A stretch of DNA of 64,000 nt from Picochlorum sp. SENEW3 (lineage: Eukaryota), in NCBI GenBank assembly GCA_034226945.1, contig CP120462.1:868001-932000 (forward strand). The letters are read 5' to 3'. The notes under the pieces are model-generated. The model saw only the letters and a list, made by a program, of their open reading frames with translations. It was not told the origin of the DNA and did no database searches. Position 1 is the stretch's first letter. Every line of letters begins with the position of its first letter. Of this stretch, positions 22,392-33,715 are shown piece after piece. The translations under genes were made by a program, and so were the position numbers.

Positions 22392-24665
22392 TTATGATGT
22401 AATTTGAGAAGAAATCATATCACGAGCATCCATTAGTGTTTGGCGGAGGGTACTCTGCCTTGTCTCCAGGGCAGAGCAGGCATCCCTTTCCTTTTTGCGA
22501 GCAAAAAACAGCGCATCGGATGCCTGAAGCTCTCTCAGACCATGTTCCATTTCTTCTTTATCTGACAGAAAGTCGACTTCTTGGCGAAGCGATTTCAGAG
22601 CACTGTAGGCCTTGGCCTCCTTCTGGGATGACTTGACAAGTTCTTCCAGCTGCCTTCTCAACCGATCTACATCATTCTTTTCCTGTGTTAGTTTTCTGAG
22701 CTTCTGGGTTATTTTTGGCGAGTTTTCAAAACGCTCTAAAATGCTAGTGTATTCCGCTACTTCGTTCGATAGCATTTCCGAGGCATCCAGCATCCTCCCT
22801 GACCCCTCATATCGTGTCTCATCCTCTTCGTCACTGCTGGAAATGTGCATTGCACCGATGACAGGAACATTCTTTAGAGCTGTCTCTGCATCCATAGAGT
22901 CATTCATAGAATTAACATTGCTGGGAGACAAAAGCTCGAATGGACTCTCATTTGCTTCCTGGATGAGTTGTCGAATCCTCTTCAACCTTTCCCCCAAGGC
23001 AGAGTCGCCCAGATTTTCCTTGACATCGTCGTCGTCCACATTGACGGCCGCAGGTCGATGATCCATTGACTTTTGAAAGTTATTCAGGTGATCCCGAACT
23101 GATGATGACACGTCGTGATCTTGAACCCGGGCCAAGGGGGAAGCGATTCCCGAATCACCCATTGACTGTGCATACATCATCACCTTATCCAATTCCTCTT
23201 CTGTTCTAGCAAGCCTTTCTGAGACAGCTTTCTTTTCTTCTTCTGTGTTCCGCACTTCTTCCTCGAGCGAAGAGATCTTCTCTTGGAGTACAGCTGACGC
23301 TGACGACGCATCATGAGCCCTGCCTTCTGCAGATTCAAGTCTAGATTGCAGGTCCTTCAACTGCTGGCTCTGCGAAACAACGGTTTGTTCTCTTGATTCT
23401 GTTGCAGATACATATTCATTCACTTTCATTTGCAACTCTTCTATCTTTTGTCTGTAAGAGTCGAGCTTTCTGCCATCATGCTGACTAAAGTGCTGTCTCA
23501 GCGCTGCCATGGTCTGAACAGGCGTCGCATTCCTATCGACAGTCAGGCTCGACTTAATCAACGTTTCTAGTTCCCCGATAATTGGATCCCATGGTTTGAG
23601 CACCATAGGCGCCTCTCTAGGAGCCACATCCGATGCCTCCACTTCTGATTTGTACTCCAAAGCACCTGCATACACATCCTCTGCTGCAGCCAAAATACTC
23701 TGCTGTCTCCTATACGCCATCATATACGATCGCGTCGTTCTATACATGGACGTGCGCAACCTTTGAGCTTTCAAGTACGCGATAAAAGCACCCAGCAGTA
23801 AAATACCCTCACAGGTCATGAGTGTCAAGTCAACAGACTTGATGACGGAAGAATGCTGAATCGACAGCCGGACGTTCGATTCCAGCATGGAAATTTGACC
23901 CTCATATTCTTTCAACTGCTTACTCATCGAATGCACTTTTTGGGTGGACGCCTCCAACGCCGAAAACATGGAATCCTCCTTGGCCTTGGCTTGAGATGCC
24001 CTCTTCCGTTCCACCTGTACTTCCAGCTCCAAATCGTCCACTCGCCTACTCACCCTATCCCTCACATCCTTGAGTGCCTGTTCCAATTCCGACACATCGC
24101 GATCATACTTTTCTTGCAACGCAGACAACTCTGCAGAGAGCAAGGACACATTTTCCTCCTCAACCACCTCCTGCCTAGCCTCCTCGTGTTCCACCTCCTT
24201 CAATGGTACGACATCAACGAGCTCTGAACGAATCGTCTCCGCAATATCTACCGGCCTATTCCACTGTTCATCCACAGGCAAGGACGCATGCAGAGATCCA
24301 CGATGAGCATACAGCCAAACCCCGCTAAGGACCACGACAACAACAAGTGCCACAGCAATAACAGACGCTCTGAACGCCCGCCTAGTGGTAACAATATTCT
24401 TTACTGCAGATCCAATATCTCCCATGGTATCCGTCATACCCCTCAGGAAAGACCCTATGCGTTCAAACGTCAACTTCCCATCGTGCCGAGCATAAAACGC
24501 CTGAAGATCCTCACCACGCTCCCATGCCTTGAATGCTTCACTCTCTTTTAATTTTCGGACGTGATCTTCAGTACAAACTTTGCTGCGCTTCTTCATGACC
24601 CGCTTTGTCATGGATCCCCCACATACCACGCCGGGCATGAAATCTAGTCCCGCCGAGTCTTCCAT
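22392..24665 (-). CDS. Membrane-anchored coiled-coil protein, unknown function
   Basis: 757-aa ORF, two hydrophobic segments, long heptad-rich regions. Confidence 0.75.
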   Translation of the reverse strand: MEDSAGLDFMPGVVCGGSMTKRVMKKRSKVCTEDHVRKLKESEAFKAWERGEDLQAFYARHDGKLTFERIGSFLRGMTDTMGDIGSAVKNIVTTRRAFRASVIAVALVVVVVLSGVWLYAHRGSLHASLPVDEQWNRPVDIAETIRSELVDVVPLKEVEHEEARQEVVEEENVSLLSAELSALQEKYDRDVSELEQALKDVRDRVSRRVDDLELEVQVERKRASQAKAKEDSMFSALEASTQKVHSMSKQLKEYEGQISMLESNVRLSIQHSSVIKSVDLTLMTCEGILLLGAFIAYLKAQRLRTSMYRTTRSYMMAYRRQQSILAAAEDVYAGALEYKSEVEASDVAPREAPMVLKPWDPIIGELETLIKSSLTVDRNATPVQTMAALRQHFSQHDGRKLDSYRQKIEELQMKVNEYVSATESREQTVVSQSQQLKDLQSRLESAEGRAHDASSASAVLQEKISSLEEEVRNTEEEKKAVSERLARTEEELDKVMMYAQSMGDSGIASPLARVQDHDVSSSVRDHLNNFQKSMDHRPAAVNVDDDDVKENLGDSALGERLKRIRQLIQEANESPFELLSPSNVNSMNDSMDAETALKNVPVIGAMHISSSDEEDETRYEGSGRMLDASEMLSNEVAEYTSILERFENSPKITQKLRKLTQEKNDVDRLRRQLEELVKSSQKEAKAYSALKSLRQEVDFLSDKEEMEHGLRELQASDALFFARKKERDACSALETRQSTLRQTLMDARDMISSQITS

Positions 24666-24842
24666 CCTGTATATTTACAATTAGAAGAATATTTCTATCT
24701 ATAATAATGACTTTAAGGAGTACAAACTATTCTTTACCACGTGGATTGAGTTCCACGTGGAATACGCATGGTTGTTGACTGCTGCTCAAATTTCAAATTT
24801 TTTTTTGAATACCACGATCGTGGTTTTCCATCGCGATGGAAT

Positions 24843-25520
24843 ATGTATATGTATGATTCTGATGAGTACATCTTTGTTCGAATTATTCAAGAGCTATGCG
24901 ATATTGGACCATTGACAAAGTATATTACGGGGAAAATACCGATACAATTTGATCATACTGCTCTGTCCAGAAAAGAGTGCTGTGTTCTGATTGCCCTTGA
25001 TGTTGTGAATGCCTTGATGTACCTGAAACATCATGGGGTAATTCATGGTGATTTGTCCGGAAACAACGTCCTTCTGTCCTCGAATGCAATGTCACCTTTG
25101 GGCATGAGAGCAAAAGTCTGTGATTTTGGTCGCTCCAGGCTGACACGGGAGAAGATGATGACAAACACTCTTGGAACAGTCTCATACATGCCACCCGAAA
25201 TGGTCCTCTCTGGCGAACTAAACTTAAAGACAGACATGTACTCATTGGGTATACTGATGATAGAAATGCTCACGAAAGAACTAGTCTGGGATGGGCGACA
25301 GCCCGTGCAGATACTCTTCGCCATGAGCTCTGGACTCCGGATTGAAGTACCACAGCAGGGCATTCCCTCGGATATGCGGGACTTTTTGATCTCCTGCCTC
25401 AGTGACGACCCAGGAGATCGCCCTACACCTGAAATAGCATTCACTGCACTGCAAAAGATGATACCAATTGAACTCATCCAAGCCCATCTTGACCCTAGTA
25501 ACATGTTGGCATGCAACTGA
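24843..25520 (+). pseudogene. TKL-like protein kinase fragment lacking the N-lobe (partial gene or pseudogene)
   Basis: HGDLSGNNVLL, DFG, GTVSYMPPE and DMYSLG are present. No Gly-rich loop or VAVK, and no room for upstream exons before the divergent gene at 24665. Confidence 0.6.
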
Positions 25521-25757
25521 TTGTTGATTGATTTAAGGAATGATTGTTTGATTCAAGGAATGAGACCATCTCTGATCTATCAAGATACTTTTCAATTTTA
25601 TTTTCAAACTGATAATGCGTATATATATACATAAATACATCCGCAACGCGACTGCGTTTGTTTGAGCCGATTGGAACTCTACCAGTTGAAGAGGGGCTGG
25701 ATTTCTCCCTTTATTCCGTGCACAGAATCTTGGATGAAATTATATATATAGGAAGTA

Positions 25758-26225
25758 ATGGTGGTCTGGTTTCTTGCATTGGTTCTACAGATTGCCGCAC
25801 TTGGTTGTTCACTGTATCAGTTGGTTCAACTGACAGACTTGGAGTTGGACCAGATCAATCCACATGATGCCGCTAAAAATTACAATACAGCAGTGTACCC
25901 TGCTCTGATCTTGGAATGCGTATTGGCCATCGTAACTGCGGTGGGAGGGAAATGGCTTATAGCTCTGCCCCTTGTTGGGATTGCTGCTCTGGATATACGT
26001 GTCTTCCTGAGAGATCTGGGTAGAGGGAAAATTGACGTGACGGAAATTTTCAGGGTTCTGAGGCCGAAGAGAGTACGAATGACGCAAAAGACTGTTGTGG
26101 AGATGATACTACTGGGGTGGATACTGTATCGATTGGTGGAGGGAATAATCTCGACATTATCAGAGGGAGGCAAGGATGTTGCCAGGAGTTTGCTGCAAGA
26201 GGCTGCAGCGACCTTGTACCATTAG
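25758..26225 (+). CDS. CNIH: Cornichon family ER cargo receptor
   Basis: YQLVQLTDLELDQINPHDAA, DVTEIFR; three TM segments. Confidence 0.9.
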   Translation: MVVWFLALVLQIAALGCSLYQLVQLTDLELDQINPHDAAKNYNTAVYPALILECVLAIVTAVGGKWLIALPLVGIAALDIRVFLRDLGRGKIDVTEIFRVLRPKRVRMTQKTVVEMILLGWILYRLVEGIISTLSEGGKDVARSLLQEAAATLYH

Positions 26226-26265
26226 ATCAGATGGAATGACTGTACTGTAACAATAATGATATTTC

Positions 26266-28525
26266 TTAAAAGTTGGCATTGCCGGGCCATCTTGGGAATG
26301 GGATGACGTCTCTAATGTTCTCAATGCCAGTGGCAAAGAGGATGAGTCTCTCAAACCCAAGACCGAAACCGGAATGTGGCACTGTACCATACTTTCTCAA
26401 GTCGAGATACGAAGCATATGGTTCTAAAGGCATTCCAGAGGCTTGAATTCGTTCCTCCAAGACATCGAATCGATCTTCTCTTTGGGACCCTCCAATAAGT
26501 TCTCCTACACGGGGGACGAGCACATCCATGGCGGCGACCGTCTTGTTGTCATCATTCAGGCGCATGTAAAACGCCTTGATATCTTTTGGATAGTCGTATA
26601 CAATCACTGGCTGCTTGTATACCTCCTCCGTGAGGTATCTTTCATGTTCAGACTGCAAGTCGATACCCCATGAGACGGGAAACTGGAACTTCTTTTCTCC
26701 ACTCTTTTCAACCTCCTCCAACTTGGCGATTGCATCCGTATACGACAAACGCATAAATGGAATTGAAGCAACCTGCTCCAAACGATTGATTGCATCTGAA
26801 TCGATCATTTTAGTGATGAATTCAAGGTCTGGTCGGCAGGTGTCCAGCAAGTGCCTACAGCAGAATCTCACATAATCCTCTGCGCATTGCATATCGTCTT
26901 GGAGCGTACAAAATGCCATTTCTGGCTCAATCATCCAAAATTCAGCCAAATGGCGGGATGTGTGAGAGTTTTCTGCTCGGAACGTTGGACCAAACGTATA
27001 CACATTGGAGAGTCCGCATGCATAATACTCTCCATTGAGCTGTCCCGAGACCGTGAGATAGGCAGGCTTGCCGAAAAAGTCTTTTGAGTAGTCGATTGAT
27101 CCATTCTCTGTTCTTTGGATGCCACCAATAACACGAGCCTTCTCTTCCAGTTGTGCTAGAGATTCTTTCATAGCAAGCAATGTTTTCACTTCAGATTTAG
27201 ATGCCTTTGCGAGATCTTTGTTCTCCTTATCTTGTGCCGCAGCTTCTTTAGCTGCTTTGACTTTGCTTCCTTGCTCCGCAACTTGTGCACGGAGTGCTTC
27301 CAACTCGGCTTGATCGACTGGCTCATGGGCTCCAAACTCAGCCTCCCCCAGCAGAGTTGTCACCTGGAACATCTCTCCAGCACCTTCACAATCAGATGCA
27401 GTAATGATAGGAGTATGAACGTACAGGAATCCGTTATCTTGGAAAAATTTATGCGTGGCATAGGCCAGTGCATTCCTGATTCGTGCAACTGCCCCAATTG
27501 TGTTTGTTCTAGGCCTAAGATGGGCAATCTCTCTCAAATACTCCATGCTCTGCTTCTTTTTAGCCAAAGGATACACAGAGGGATCTACGCTCCCAACATG
27601 AAGAATCTTACGAGCCTTCAATTCGACCTGTATAGATTGATGATTGGATATCAGAATGTGCTACCAAGATGAATGTCGCCACCTCCGACACAGATTGCCA
27701 TTGTCGACAGCCCGCTTTAAAAGTGGTGAAATTAATGTACGAGAATCTACTAGAGGAGCCCGTCAAGGTAGTGCCATCCCACATCAAAATCTGATGGGGA
27801 TACACCTACTGTGGGCGCCACTCTCGGATCTCGATAGGGTTACTCCAACCACAATTCCACATACCTTTTGTTTAGTTCCCTCCGGTGTCTTTGCCAACTC
27901 TCCTTCGATAAGGACACATGTAGCAGTTGGTGTAATTTCTTTCAACCCACCAACCTCATCCCCAACTTCTTTATCCACCATGACTTGCATATTTGCGAAG
28001 CAGCTTCCATCGTTCACCTCCAAGAATGCAAATGATCCAGCTCCAGCCACGCGCCCAGTTTTCACCCATCCAGCGATACGCAACGTTTGACCAACCATGG
28101 ACAACCCCTCACTCTCGCTGTTGAGAATGGTGCTGATCATCGCGCGAGAAAAGGTCCTGGAATATGGAGCCACCATGGCGTGCTCGTTTTCCTTCTTCTT
28201 CAACTCAGTCTATACACACAGGGAGAGATCGATCAGGCACATGAATACCCCAATTACAACTCAATGTGCATCATCGTACCTTGAGATCTTCAACCTGCTG
28301 TCGAAGAGATTCAATCTCTTCAGCAGAGGACCCAGCAGCGCCTACCATAATGCTCCTTCTATGTGCTGCTTGAGACAATGGATAGCGATCTATAAAGCAA
28401 TTCTTGTGATTTTGCGTGATCAATTGGTGATTGCACGCTATACGATGTGCTTTCTTGGCGGCAGCCTTTGTTGATGAACCGACAGTGTGGAGGCGTTGAA
28501 ACAGAGCCAGGCGCCTGGCCAGCAT
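26266..28525 (-). CDS. asnS: Asparaginyl-tRNA synthetase with WHEP-like insert and N-terminal targeting peptide (3 exons)
   Basis: OB-fold GWVKTGR...[46 protein letters not shown]. Introns at about 28211-28279 and 27628-27864. Confidence 0.95.
27671..27833 (-). ncRNA. Candidate intronic H/ACA-like snoRNA in AsnRS intron 2
   Basis: Long hairpin (cgaga...tctcg with gccc/gggc and catca/tgatg), H-box ACATTA (27733-27738), second hairpin (ccactt/aggtgg), then ACA+3 nt. The intron is about 3 times the usual length. Confidence 0.5.
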
Positions 28526-28790
28526 GATATTGATACCAAAAAGTCACAAATAAAATAGGTGCGGCAATGGAGGTGGCGATGCGAATTCATGTGCCATCGA
28601 TGCCAACGTCTGATTCTCATGCGCCATGCATGGCCCATATGGGCTCTGCCCACAAGAATTTCTGCAATTCGCTGACCAACTTGTCGCTGTGCTCGGCCGA
28701 CCTCTGGGGAGACTGTACAGTACGTCTGTGAGTGGTGACCATTTACAATCAATATATTCATACGTCTACGACTGCTTCTTGTACATGAAA

Positions 28791-30647
28791 TTATTCCTGA
28801 TGGGCCTTTCTTCTCAAGGATGATGGTAGGAAGCATGCAGCAAGGCCAAACAAGCCTTTGATTGATCCTGTCCAGCTCTCAGAGTAGAACATCCAAACAA
28901 GGGATGTGACAAAGTTGAATGCCTGATCTTTGACTGGGTACTGTAATAAGGGTGGGATTGCTGTGCTAAAAGGCCACCTATCCTCTGCAACTGACTTGGG
29001 GATGCACATGCCCCTCAGTCCTTCAATGCCTGCAAATCTGTCAAATCCTGAATACTTGACACCCCCAAACGGCAGGGACTGGGCCATATATGTTGCTGCA
29101 AAGTCATTGATGCTGCTCATTCCGGTGTTCAATTTGGATGCGATCCGTCGAGCGCGGCGCTTGCTGCCACAGAAAACACTGCTTCCTAATCCAAAGGCAC
29201 TGTCATTTGCGAGTGCGATAGCTTCGTCATCCGTACTAAAAGTCACTACAGACATGACGGGGCCGAACACTTCCTCATGCCATATCCTCATGGAATCATT
29301 AACACCAGTCAGGATGGTTGGAGGATAGAACTGCCCAGTTGAGAGCTCAGAGTCTGGAGAAGGCATTCGCCCACCAGTCACCACGGTTGCACCGTGTGAC
29401 ACGGCATCATCAACCAGCTCTTGCACCTTTTCTGCCAATCCAGGTAAACAAAGAGAGCCAAAATCAACCGAGTCGTCCTGAGACGCTGGACCTTGCCTCA
29501 TCTGAGCAACAGCTGTCATGCAAATATCCAAAAACTTGTCCACAGAATTTTCATGCACAATAAACCTCTCGGCTCCCGTGCAGTTCTGACCACATGCCTG
29601 AAAGGCGCCCCGCAAAGCAGTAGGAACTGCAACATTTAAATCAGCATCTTCGCACACAATAAAAGCATCCTTTCCCCCCAGCTCCAGGACCACCGGAGTC
29701 AGGGTGTCTGCGGCAGATGCCATCACCTTCTTCCCAACTCCTGTCGAGCCAACAAATATAACCTTGTCAACTCCAGAAGTCACCAAAGCATGACCAGCGT
29801 CTCCATACCCTGTCACAATCTGAACCAAGTCAGGAGGCGCCCCTGCCACATCCAAAGCAGTTCTGATACCCTCTGCATAGTGCAGGGCAGACCAACTGGC
29901 ATGCTCAGACACTTTGATCACTATCCCATTCCCTGCAAAAATCGCCGCCACCATGGGATTGTAAATATTATGGAATGGATAGTTGAAAGGAACGATCGCC
30001 CCCACAACACCCACGGGCACATATTCCACCCTCGCCTTTTTATAAAACATCATTCTCCCTGCCGACCTACTCTCTGGCTTGAGCCACCTCTCCCCCTCCG
30101 ACATCAACCACCGAATCTTCTCACACGTCACAATAAGCTCTCCAAAAGCAGCGTCCACCATGGGCTTGCCCGAATCAATGGAAGAAATCCTACAGATGTC
30201 TTCCTGATGCTCCATAATATACTTGAGCATCACAGACAGCACCCTCCTTCTATGAGCAAAACTGGAATGTTTCCACTCCTCCTGTGCTATTTTAGCCTTC
30301 TTAATGCTTGCAGATACCTGCTCAGGTGTCATTGCTGGTGCGTATCCCAAGAGCTCCACGGTTCCAGGATCGTAACACGGAATGCTGCTCCCTGTCTGGC
30401 CACCCCTCTTGGATGGACTCCTCGTCCGACCTGGCATCGTTAATCCTTCTGGTTTCTCATCCATCAATCCAACTCCCACATAAATGCTGGGGACTGGCAT
30501 CGGGTAGTTAAGATACGCCACCAACAGCAGCACCACGACGACCAATCCACATGCGATGGACACGGCAATGGTCAGCGTCTCGCTATCAGTAGCCATGATG
30601 AACTCACCGATGGTATCTTTGAGATACCGATGCACTGTTTCCATCAT
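28791..30647 (-). CDS. ALDH22A1: Aldehyde dehydrogenase family 22 (MSC7-like)
   Basis: N-terminal TM segment, GAIVPFNYPFHN, FVGSTGVG, ELGGKD, catalytic GQNC, EEVFGP. Confidence 0.9.
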   Translation of the reverse strand: MMETVHRYLKDTIGEFIMATDSETLTIAVSIACGLVVVVLLLVAYLNYPMPVPSIYVGVGLMDEKPEGLTMPGRTRSPSKRGGQTGSSIPCYDPGTVELLGYAPAMTPEQVSASIKKAKIAQEEWKHSSFAHRRRVLSVMLKYIMEHQEDICRISSIDSGKPMVDAAFGELIVTCEKIRWLMSEGERWLKPESRSAGRMMFYKKARVEYVPVGVVGAIVPFNYPFHNIYNPMVAAIFAGNGIVIKVSEHASWSALHYAEGIRTALDVAGAPPDLVQIVTGYGDAGHALVTSGVDKVIFVGSTGVGKKVMASAADTLTPVVLELGGKDAFIVCEDADLNVAVPTALRGAFQACGQNCTGAERFIVHENSVDKFLDICMTAVAQMRQGPASQDDSVDFGSLCLPGLAEKVQELVDDAVSHGATVVTGGRMPSPDSELSTGQFYPPTILTGVNDSMRIWHEEVFGPVMSVVTFSTDDEAIALANDSAFGLGSSVFCGSKRRARRIASKLNTGMSSINDFAATYMAQSLPFGGVKYSGFDRFAGIEGLRGMCIPKSVAEDRWPFSTAIPPLLQYPVKDQAFNFVTSLVWMFYSESWTGSIKGLFGLAACFLPSSLRRKAHQE

Positions 30648-31021
30648 ATTTACACCATACTATGAATATATTTTGAATCAGAAGGATTCTGAAGACATGG
30701 TTCCACATATCCCAAATCAATCAATAGGATTGCTCCTATCAATGGACTGTGTCGATGGGACATCTGCAAACAAAAGAGGACGTATAGGTTGGGGACATTG
30801 ATTCTGAGTACTGGCACAGACTGTGCCCCCGATGGTTGTCCAATATCTTGATCAGATTGTTGTTTTCGATACTAGTGCCACAGAGGCAACATCTCTGGAC
30901 AGGATTTGAACTTGAATATCAGCGCATTCACTCCGTTGGCTCATTCTGTTCCTGCCTGCATGGGACCGATATCTCCGTTGACAGTGTATCATTAAAATTA
31001 TATAGGTCAACCTGACGAGGT

Positions 31022-31970
31022 ATGGGGTCCCCTCGGTGCGAGGGTGAGACGAGCGGGAGACGACTCGACGATGCTTCGAATGATGGAGAAGAGTACACGC
31101 GGAGGCGATCTTTGCGGACGCATAGGAAATCAGCATTTTCTAGAGATTATGTATTGGATATTGATAGGGAGATAATGGCGATCGAGTCAATGCCGGAAGA
31201 AGAAGAATCCAAGGTGGTTCAATTGGTAGGTTCGGCACCGCAGGGCAGTGTGAGGGGTGGATCTGAGTTGAGTGATTCTTTATTATATCCTCAGAAGAGA
31301 AGGAGGGGTAGACCGAGGAAGCATCCACCAATGGCCCAGGTGGCCAGCGATGTTCCCAAGGTGAAGAGGCCCAGAGGGAGACCTCGAGGTGCGTGGTGGC
31401 GGGATTGCGCTGTGCATGGTCGCACTGGAATTAACGTTAATTTTATACATGTGTACAGGGTCTGGCAAGCACCAACGGGCGGCGGCGGCGGCTGGGCAGT
31501 CCTCTGTCATGTCCATGAATAACCACGCCACACAGAGACCGACTGCATCAGACTCTGCAATCACGTCTGGAATGGCATCTGGGGCGGTGTATGCCCCTTC
31601 AACCACGTCTCAGAGGAAGGATCGGGTGGCGTTGAAGGGCACGAATAAGAACTCTCCACCTCTGCAGTCTCAGTGTGTAGAAGGGGAAGCTGTGAGTGAG
31701 TTGAAGATGGACCAGCAAACAGACGTACTGAAACATAGCGAGGTGAAACATGAGGCTGTGGATACCCCTCCAGATGTAAGGCAAGTGGATCATCACCATG
31801 AAACCCCACAGGGATCTCTGGTGAAGGCTGAGGACCGCCATAGAGGGCACACTGTCACGCCACTGTCCCTCCCATTGCATACGATGGATGAATCAGCAGA
31901 AACCCCGACTCCCAGATCAACAAGGAATAGGAGGAGGAAAGGTTTTGTTCCACAGAAGTCGGAAATTTGA
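31022..31970 (+). CDS. AT-hook DNA-binding protein (2 exons)
   Basis: KRRRGRPRK and KRPRGRPRG AT-hooks; intron 31389-31458 joins the two ORFs. Confidence 0.7.
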
Positions 31971-32115
31971 AGAGAAATACCCGAGCCCATCTGCTGAGAG
32001 AGATGCACTTGGATTTTGAACACTTACCCCGGAAAACATACATTGCTGCAGCCTTTTCATTATTATTTCAAGTATTATTGTATATAGAAACGTATTGATC
32101 GGCAAATCGCATCCA

Positions 32116-32510
32116 TCAACCGTCATGCAATAGCTCATCTAATAGCATGTTCCATTGAGCCTCTGTCATCTCTTGCAGCGACCCACATGCTACCCAATGC
32201 GCTTTAAGATCGTTCAATCGACTCGTATATCGACTCATACAATCACTCAGATGCCGGGATTCTTCTCGACATGCCCATACCATGGATATCACTCTACCTT
32301 TACAGCACTCAGCATATGCCCTGGAATATTCGCTGCATTCCACGAACGCTCTCTGCTTTAACTTGTAAAATAGTGCTGCAGGATACGTAAAATGCGTCAT
32401 GGGGACTTCAATATCGATTTCTTTGTCTTCAATTTCAATTCACAGCTGAACATGTCAGGGCGTGACGCACCTTCTTCAACCCGTTTTGGAACGGATTTTT
32501 CCTCATTCAT
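32116..32510 (-). CDS. CMC1: Twin CX9C COX assembly protein Cmc1-like (2 exons)
   Basis: MNEEKSVPKRVEE|ALFYKLKQRAFVECSEYSRAYAECCKGRVISMVWACREESRHLSDC. Confidence 0.8.
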
Positions 32511-32581
32511 TTCATCTATGAATTACAAGTAGACTGGCCCTGTGGGTGTGTTGAAATCGTCGCAGAAAAAAATGTCGTAAT

Positions 32582-33545
32582 GGGGCTCCTTATATAAGGA
32601 TATATATATATCCCGAATAAGAACTGTGGCCTAATTGGCCGCCTGCCGGGCCTGTGCCTGCCTAATTAATCCCGCCGAGGGCCTAATTCGACTAAGATGC
32701 CTGTTCTGCGTCGAATGGTCCAAAACTCGCCGCCTGGGGACGGGCGGAAGGTGGAAATGCGGTGATTCGGACGAATTTCGATGTAAACTTTCTAGAACGA
32801 CAGACTTTGTGGCGCACAGAGTGAAAAGTTTGTACGAAATAAAAAACCGGAAAACAAATCTCGGACGCAAAGGCTCAAAGACGACGAAGATATTGTGACG
32901 AGTGTTCGCGATAGTCGACCTTGACCTGAAGGGTTGACTGAGCGTCACCTGGTGACAGGAAGAGTCAACATGCTACGATGCGGCCAGTTGACCAGATGGC
33001 ACTTCACAGAAAGACGAACCATTGAATGGAATACATATTTGATGCTTGGAATGTTTCTGTAAAAAGATGTAACCTTTTCGTAACGGTGTTTGATGTTGTA
33101 AGCCTCGTCATGTGGAACTCCAGACGAGAGGAGGATAGAGACTTTACTGTGAACTACAGGACCCAACGACGTACACGAAGAGTTTGAGATTCAATAACGA
33201 CAGGGAATCAAATCCAAAGTAAGCCTGTTGAAACTCAAAGAGCCAAAAGATGTGCCACTAAGAGGACACAGTTGCAGAATGGAGACTTCTCCCTCTTCAA
33301 TGACGACAATGGAGTGGATGATCCTTTTGACTCGAGCTTTGAAGAGTAAGATGTCATGCAAATATCATATGACAGTCATGGACAGGCTACTGTCCCTTTT
33401 ACTTTCCTGTAGCTCTATTAATGGTCAATCAATACACAAGAAGACTGACCCACTCCATGTATCATCATTACTCCAACTGGCCGGTCGGGCACCGACCTCG
33501 AAAGAGGGGTATAATTATACCCTTATAAGGAGACCTCGGGACTAG
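32582..33545. mobile_element. Putative non-autonomous transposon with palindromic subterminal inverted repeats
   Basis: Left ctccttatataaggatatatatatatccc versus reverse complement of right ctccttataagggtataattatacccc; 3' hairpins and CTAG|T end; three gcctaatt repeats; decayed ORF; about 1 kb without a recognisable gene. Confidence 0.5.
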
Positions 33546-33715
33546 TTAGTTATTGGTTTCACGTTTCTTTTTTTGTTCGAATTCAGTAATCACGCCAGGC
33601 TTTCTGCATGAATATCGTAAGAATTCTTTTATCAGGATATTTATCAAAGAGAAATACACGAGGGGATTGGATTGGTTCGTCACGGGCGAGACTGAGAGGT
33701 TGAGTTGGGTGCAGA

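Noticed and set aside
25523..25563. Short direct repeat tgatt.aaggaatga x2
   Set aside because: Two imperfect copies, consistent with simple slippage.
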